Shown here in pieces: positions 58,460-64,000 of a DNA stretch of 64,000 nt. A program made the position numbers and the translations under genes. Origin of the DNA: an uncultured virus (IMG/VR IMGVR_UViG_3300038825_001395) (Duplodnaviria > Heunggongvirae > Uroviricota > Caudoviricetes); the IMG/VR virus record IMGVR_UViG_3300038825_001395, one strand, 5' to 3'. How positions within the stretch are numbered: position 1 is the stretch's first letter; each line of letters begins with the position of its first letter. A model generated the notes under the pieces. That model saw only the letters and a list, made by a program, of their open reading frames with translations. It did not search any database and was not told the origin of the DNA.

Positions 58460-61400
58460 TTAAAACAGAGGTGTTTGTTCTGATACACCTTGAAGTGTAT
58501 CGGAAGGAGCAGAATCGTTAGAATAAGAAAAAATATCTGCTAATGCTCCTTGATACTCTTCCCATATTTTTTTATATAAAGTCACAACATCTATCTTTAA
58601 CAAAAAAGTTGGTATTTGAATCAATGGAAAACTCAGCGTTGATTGGCTATCATCAAAGTATAACATTTTAAATTCATTAACAGTTGATGATTTTCCAGTT
58701 TCATCATATCCGATTTTATTTAAAGGCCAATCTATTCTATGTAAAAAATGAAACCCACTTCCTTTCCAATTTTTTTGATCTATGTCCTTTGAAATTATCT
58801 GTTTATAACTTCGTAAAAACCCGTCAACTGCTAATTGTTTTTTATTATCCGCATCTATTCTCAACATAATTTTTATTTTTTTTAAAATCTGCTCTTCGTA
58901 ATAATCGCTATACTCACCATTATAATCTTGTGAACCCACAAAAATTCTACCAGTAGGAACACTTGATATTTCAGCAATTTCATTACTTTTTTGAAGCGTA
59001 AGCTTTCCTATTTTTTTATTGTTATACTTGAAATCTGACCAATTTATCACATCATCCCCTAGTAGCAATTTACTAACTGCAACATGCCAAGCAAGTCTTT
59101 CATCTGTAAAATATGGTAGAGAGTTAGCAGCTAGTGTAATATATTTATTATTACTTTTAGTTTCTTGTTTTATATCTCTCTGTTCTCCAAAAAATGGTTT
59201 TTCTTTAAAAACTTGTGAATTTTTAAGGTAATCATACTTAGCCCTATACACCTTTACAAAAGAGCTATCACTATTAGGGTAGTTATATTTTAGTATTTCT
59301 TGATCATTAGCTTCAAATAATCTAACCATATTTTTTTGATGAGTATTAAATAAACCAGCACCAGCGGATGACTTGAATTTTTGAAATATTTGTTCAACCA
59401 CCACGCCACTAAATACTATCTTTACTCTATCACCTAAAACTGCTAAATCATCACTCTGAGTATTTCCGAATTGATAATATTTTTTATTTGAGTATGGTCG
59501 CATAACTGTATTATATGTTGTTTTCCAATTTGATGTGGATACACTATGATCAACACCTACTATTTGAAAATAAACTCTTTCTTTAAAATGTTCTGGTAAA
59601 AAATTTATTGTAAAATAATCACCTATGTTTAAAAAGTTATTACCATATATTTCCAAAGTTAAACTAATTGGCAATACAGGTGATATAGAGTTAGCATCAG
59701 TTTTTATAAAATTTTCTACCTTTGCTTTAATGAGTTGGATATCCCTTTCACTATCAGCAGTGAATGTTTTTCTATCATCGTCTTCATCTAGCACTAATTT
59801 TATTTCAACATCTTCTCTTGGAGATTTATTTTTTTCTAATTCTAAATTTTTTAATGTTTTTTTTCTGTTTTGTTTATAAGTTTCATAATCATCAGAAGAA
59901 ATAGGAGCATCAGCCGTTACAGAAGAATGTGATGACAAAATACCTTTTAAATTTACATCAATAACCTTTTCTATTTTAACATTTTTACCAAAAATAGGTA
60001 AATGCCTTATTTGTTTTTTCTTACCATCACTTTGTATGGCATTTAAAATATTAAATCTCATTAACTGAAAATCATCAAATATATCAGGAGTTGATAATCC
60101 ACCAATAGCTATCATACTTGATAGACCAGCTTTTGGAGTTTCAAACTTTAAATCTACATTTTGAACAATTGTATTTCCACTTGTTATATCAAACTTAAAA
60201 GTCTCGTTAGGTTTTTTCTCAATTTGTTCAATATTTACATCATGAAATGTTAATGAGGATTCAAAATCATTGTTTTTCATTAATCTAATATTAATTAAAT
60301 TACCAGAATCTTCAAATATATTATCAAATATTCTTTCAAGAGCATCATTTATATTTGACGATGCTTCAAATGCTTCTATTATAATAGAAGTTCTAATAAA
60401 TAATTCTCGTAATGGTATCCTTCTTTTTAATTTATCATCTTTTGTATCTTTCCAATTTACATTAGGATGATTTTTATTAGAAGTATACCCTTTATCCCAG
60501 CTATCAGGATAAAGAAAACTTAACACTCTATCATTTACATTTGGTTTTATTTTCATCATAGTGTATAAATTTTTATCCCAACGTACAAATGTATTTCTAC
60601 TATCAAAATTAGGTATATTTATTTTTTTATCCGAATTGATTTCTGTTTTGTTACCATTATCATCCACTTCATATACAATGCTCACATAATTATTTAAAAA
60701 GTCATCCTCGAACACAGCAAAAGACATATATAAAGACTCCTTTTGATCTAATGGGGATTTATTATTATTAACAATATTTTGGTAAAAAACTCCTACTTGC
60801 TTTGAATAATCATCTATTAAAGGCCTAGTTGGTTGTTCCATTTGTTTATTTGTATCAAAATACTCATATATATATTCAGACCTTTCTTCTCTTGGTACTT
60901 CTTTCCATAAATGTCTCATTGAAAGTTCTTCTCTAACTAATTTTGCTCCATCTTTTTGACTTCTTAAATATTTTAACAACATCAAATCTTCCAATACATT
61001 TGTAAAGATAAATTTTAAATTATTATCTTCACTTATCTCTTTATCTAATAGTTGATAATTGCCAGATACAAATTCTAATGTACATTCAAATGATTGATTT
61101 TGATTTATATTAACATCATACTTGGTTACCTGACCACTAACAGTAGTTGTAAAGCCACTTTTAATTTTATCATCATCGTTATAAATTGTATCATAAAAAT
61201 TACCCATTTCTAAATCTGTATTATTTATAAAATCATTTGGATCATATAAACTAAAGGCTTTATCAGACCAACCAAAGTCAACAAATATATGAGAACCTGG
61301 TTTTAAGAAAAAAGGTAAAAAGGTTTTATCAAAATCTTCTTTATTATGAACTACAAACTTAACAACCGTTCTTCGTAAAGCACCCAAAGAACCTTCTGCT

Positions 61401-61780
61401 CTTGAAGTTACTTCTGTTACACCAGCAGCAGGTTTTAATAAAGAGTTATTACCTAGTTCGGAAACAGAATCTAATTCACTTGATTCATAAGAATTAAAAC
61501 TATTATCATTAACTATATAAACCGAATTTTTACCATTTCCAATCGGTTTGAATTTAGACGGATTATCTGGATCTTTTTGTACCGAAACAACATTTACAGC
61601 AGTCCACATTCTAGCATATGGAGTTCTATCCCCAAGATATGTTTGTGTGCTAGAATCAAAAGATGTATCACTTAAAGAATCACCTGGTTGTATATCAAAA
61701 GTACCTTTCTGTAAGTTTTTAAAATATTCTTGTATTTCAGGATCTATATTAGAACCAAAAATCTTTTTACTTAAATCCAT
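58460..61780 (-). CDS. Putative baseplate hub / tail-associated structural protein
   Basis: 1106 aa; IFVDFGWS, LTLEIYG...GDYF...FQIVGVDHSV hub-like pattern; position after baseplate genes. Confidence 0.6.
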   Translation of the reverse strand: MDLSKKIFGSNIDPEIQEYFKNLQKGTFDIQPGDSLSDTSFDSSTQTYLGDRTPYARMWTAVNVVSVQKDPDNPSKFKPIGNGKNSVYIVNDNSFNSYESSELDSVSELGNNSLLKPAAGVTEVTSRAEGSLGALRRTVVKFVVHNKEDFDKTFLPFFLKPGSHIFVDFGWSDKAFSLYDPNDFINNTDLEMGNFYDTIYNDDDKIKSGFTTTVSGQVTKYDVNINQNQSFECTLEFVSGNYQLLDKEISEDNNLKFIFTNVLEDLMLLKYLRSQKDGAKLVREELSMRHLWKEVPREERSEYIYEYFDTNKQMEQPTRPLIDDYSKQVGVFYQNIVNNNKSPLDQKESLYMSFAVFEDDFLNNYVSIVYEVDDNGNKTEINSDKKINIPNFDSRNTFVRWDKNLYTMMKIKPNVNDRVLSFLYPDSWDKGYTSNKNHPNVNWKDTKDDKLKRRIPLRELFIRTSIIIEAFEASSNINDALERIFDNIFEDSGNLINIRLMKNNDFESSLTFHDVNIEQIEKKPNETFKFDITSGNTIVQNVDLKFETPKAGLSSMIAIGGLSTPDIFDDFQLMRFNILNAIQSDGKKKQIRHLPIFGKNVKIEKVIDVNLKGILSSHSSVTADAPISSDDYETYKQNRKKTLKNLELEKNKSPREDVEIKLVLDEDDDRKTFTADSERDIQLIKAKVENFIKTDANSISPVLPISLTLEIYGNNFLNIGDYFTINFLPEHFKERVYFQIVGVDHSVSTSNWKTTYNTVMRPYSNKKYYQFGNTQSDDLAVLGDRVKIVFSGVVVEQIFQKFKSSAGAGLFNTHQKNMVRLFEANDQEILKYNYPNSDSSFVKVYRAKYDYLKNSQVFKEKPFFGEQRDIKQETKSNNKYITLAANSLPYFTDERLAWHVAVSKLLLGDDVINWSDFKYNNKKIGKLTLQKSNEIAEISSVPTGRIFVGSQDYNGEYSDYYEEQILKKIKIMLRIDADNKKQLAVDGFLRSYKQIISKDIDQKNWKGSGFHFLHRIDWPLNKIGYDETGKSSTVNEFKMLYFDDSQSTLSFPLIQIPTFLLKIDVVTLYKKIWEEYQGALADIFSYSNDSAPSDTLQGVSEQTPLF

Positions 61781-61781
61781 G

Positions 61782-62051
61782 TTATTTTAATTTTGCTTGT
61801 TCTGTTGAAACCGGCACCCTTAACTGAGTTCCAGCCTCAATGTTATTGGATGATAAATTATTTACTGAAGCAACATACCACCATAGTTCAGTTGTTCCGT
61901 AGTATTCTTGTGCTATTAAATCACACCTATCACCTTGTGTAGCGATAAGAAGAATATCTGAGTTTTTATCTTCGTGTTTTGGAAAACGTGCTGTTCCTAT
62001 AGAAGTAAATCTTTTATTTTGAATTTTTTTTATATTATCGTATCTACTCAT
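61782..62051 (-). CDS. LysM-like baseplate wedge / tail-X protein
   Basis: GDRCDLIAQEYYG...LWWYVASVN...GTQLRVP. Confidence 0.75.
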   Translation of the reverse strand: MSRYDNIKKIQNKRFTSIGTARFPKHEDKNSDILLIATQGDRCDLIAQEYYGTTELWWYVASVNNLSSNNIEAGTQLRVPVSTEQAKLK

Positions 62052-62063
62052 TATTTTTTCTCT

Positions 62064-63089
62064 TTAGGATAGGGANNNNNNNNNNNNTTTTTTACTTAAA
62101 ATCTGATAAGATATGTTTATATCAAATAGTCTTGGCAATACTCTTAAAGCATCCCAATCACTTTCACCAGGCACATTATATGATATTGATTTAATAAATC
62201 CAAATTGACCTTGTTTTTTATCTCCAATGTGAGCCATATAAAGTTCTGTAAATGGTGGTTTCATTCTAGTTTGACTATCTGAATTGTCGTCTAAATCATA
62301 CTCAGGATAAGCTAAGCTTGTTAATTTTTTTAGCTTATCATACATCAATTTCTGTTCTGTAAAATTAGCAGGATGAATCTTTAGATTAAAACTTATATCC
62401 CTATCAGCTCTTTCATACATATAGACAGGCTCACTTCTACCAATATAATTTGTAGGTGTGAATGATGGACTAACATTTTCTGTTATACCAGTTACGAATC
62501 CTCTAAAGTAAAGTAAGTTATTATTTCTTAAATCCTTTATCTTTACATAAAAATCACCTTTTTTATTTGGAGCTATTTGGTCATCAACTTCAGATGTTGT
62601 GACCGGCTGTGAAGAAACATAATCAATATAATTAGTTTCACCAGGTCCTCTTGATAAGTCTATGAAAGGTGTTGGTTTTCCAATAACAGGTACTTGAACT
62701 GTCTCACTTAGTTCTCTAGCAGTTCGTACCTTTAAAGCACTTATTGTTTTATTAGCTTTATCAATTATAAATTGAGACACATTACCACCACTACTAGGCA
62801 CATCAGGTATTTTATTAAGGGCGTCATCAACTTCTTTTTCCAATTTCTTTGGTGGATTATCCCCAAGATTTTTAAAAGGTAATCCTAATGTAGCCCTTAA
62901 AGAATAATCTAAATCAATTAAAGAAGTAATATCTCCTATATCTCTATCTGTACTAGCAGCAATTATTAAATTTTCAGTTGCCTTTACCGCGTTATCAAGT
63001 GTAATATTACGTTTAACTTCACTAGCTTTCTTTTTAGCGTTATTTATACTTAAATTATTATATGCTGATTTTAAATTTTCTAATGCCAT
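62064..63089 (-). CDS. Putative baseplate/tube-initiator protein; 3' end uncertain because of an N gap
   Basis: YIGRSEPVYMY...RDISFNL, GFIKSISY, LPR. Confidence 0.6.
   Translation of the reverse strand: MALENLKSAYNNLSINNAKKKASEVKRNITLDNAVKATENLIIAASTDRDIGDITSLIDLDYSLRATLGLPFKNLGDNPPKKLEKEVDDALNKIPDVPSSGGNVSQFIIDKANKTISALKVRTARELSETVQVPVIGKPTPFIDLSRGPGETNYIDYVSSQPVTTSEVDDQIAPNKKGDFYVKIKDLRNNNLLYFRGFVTGITENVSPSFTPTNYIGRSEPVYMYERADRDISFNLKIHPANFTEQKLMYDKLKKLTSLAYPEYDLDDNSDSQTRMKPPFTELYMAHIGDKKQGQFGFIKSISYNVPGESDWDALRVLPRLFDINISYQILSKKXXXXSLS
62076..62087. other. Assembly gap (12 N)
   Basis: Run of N. Confidence 1.
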
Positions 63090-63091
63090 AA

Positions 63092-64000
63092 TTAACCTCT
63101 AGCCGAAAGTGATTCTGTTCCACTTCCATCAAATTCTACCTCTGCAAGTAATGGAATATCCCTTCCACTAATACCTCCAGTTGAAACATTAATATTCATA
63201 TTCCCACCACCAACATTCATTGAACCAGCTGGTCCAGATTGAAAATCATTTACAGATATCGGATTGGTTGTTGCCAACACAGAATCTCTTGGGTTTAAAC
63301 TAAATACACCAGCAGGTCCCATCATAGTTGTTATACCACCAGGTCCTGATTTGAAATCGTTTACACCTCTAACACCTTGTGATATGCCACTTACTAAATT
63401 ACCCAATGGAGTTAAAGCAAAATTAACAACTTTTGCTACTGCCATTAGAATAGGACCAACCGTATTAGCAAGAGCAACACCAAATATTTTTAATTCGTTC
63501 ATCGTAGCAGTTAGTTCGGACATAGCATCTTTACCGATTATATCGGCAAATGATTTTGCTGTTTCTCCAGCCAACATATTTGACTTATCTTGATTGGCAA
63601 CCATCTTTGCCATATCAGCTACACTAACACCAATAGAATCAGCAAGAGCTTTTCTTTGTATTACATTTAATTTGTTAAACTCCGCTTCACTACCTAACTG
63701 ATTAACAATGTTAGACATCGCTCCTTCTATATCATTATCAAGTGCTAATTCTCTAGCCTTTTGAAAGTTAAGTTGTTTTCCTATTAATACTGATGCTTCT
63801 ACCTCTTTATTTATAGAGTTTTCAAAATCCAATAAACCCTCTGCTATCTTTGAAGTAGTATCTAATGATAATCCTAAAGCTCTAGCTTGAACGGCCGCTT
63901 TAGCAAGATTGTCTCCACCATCTTCAGAAAACATAGCGAATGCTTCTGAAGCACCAGCCATATCTTTTAATACAGCAGACGGATTAACTCTGTTCATACC
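63092..64000 (-). CDS. Tape measure protein, C-terminal part (truncated by window)
   Basis: Ala/Leu-rich helical sequence (LAKAAVQARALG, ALADSIGVS), upstream of baseplate genes. Confidence 0.7.
   Translation of the reverse strand, partial: GMNRVNPSAVLKDMAGASEAFAMFSEDGGDNLAKAAVQARALGLSLDTTSKIAEGLLDFENSINKEVEASVLIGKQLNFQKARELALDNDIEGAMSNIVNQLGSEAEFNKLNVIQRKALADSIGVSVADMAKMVANQDKSNMLAGETAKSFADIIGKDAMSELTATMNELKIFGVALANTVGPILMAVAKVVNFALTPLGNLVSGISQGVRGVNDFKSGPGGITTMMGPAGVFSLNPRDSVLATTNPISVNDFQSGPAGSMNVGGGNMNINVSTGGISGRDIPLLAEVEFDGSGTESLSARG

Noticed and set aside
62064..62090. Frameshift or unusual C-terminus of the baseplate gene
   Set aside because: Falls on a 12-N assembly gap, so the frame cannot be determined
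1838..63593. Plus-strand ORFs and nested short minus-strand ORFs in the ORF track
   Set aside because: They lie antisense to or inside well-supported genes and have no recognisable motifs; shadow ORFs
1..64000. tRNA/rRNA genes, integrase, transposase
   Set aside because: Intergenic gaps are short and none showed a cloverleaf or T-loop; no recombinase motifs recognised by eye

Overview
AT-rich fragment of a large, probably contractile-tailed dsDNA phage with a T4-like replication core. Essentially all real genes lie on the minus strand. In transcription order (high to low coordinates) it contains: (1) tape-measure end and baseplate-type genes; (2) a divergent family-A polymerase-like gene; (3) SSB, RecA/UvsX, 5'-3' exonuclease, DnaB-type helicase, DNA methyltransferase, class II (B12-dependent) ribonucleotide reductase, a full TonB-dependent receptor, a family-B DNA polymerase that appears to start at ATT, sliding clamp and loader, ClpP-like protein and PD-(D/E)XK exonuclease; (4) a ~33 kb glycan island with many glycosyltransferases, Gmd/Fcl, RmlB, PseB-like dehydratase, two DegT aminotransferases, NeuB, cytidylyltransferase, a sialyltransferase-like protein, an MBL-Rieske (CMAH-related) oxygenase, split transketolase, GmhA, SdhL and a radical SAM protein; (5) small genes and a peptide deformylase. 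Most interesting: the phage nonulosonic-acid pathway with a CMAH-related oxygenase, the NrdJ-TonB receptor pair separated by a pseudoknot/mini-ORF, the ATT start of the polymerase behind an in-frame ATG-TAG, an anti-SD-loop hairpin before recA, -35 boxes built on stop codons, apparent leaderless mRNAs, and a 39-bp duplication scar flanking a two-gene module. All functional calls are from motif recognition by eye; no database searches were run. The host is unknown; the receptor style suggests a Gram-negative, possibly FCB-group, bacterium (inference).
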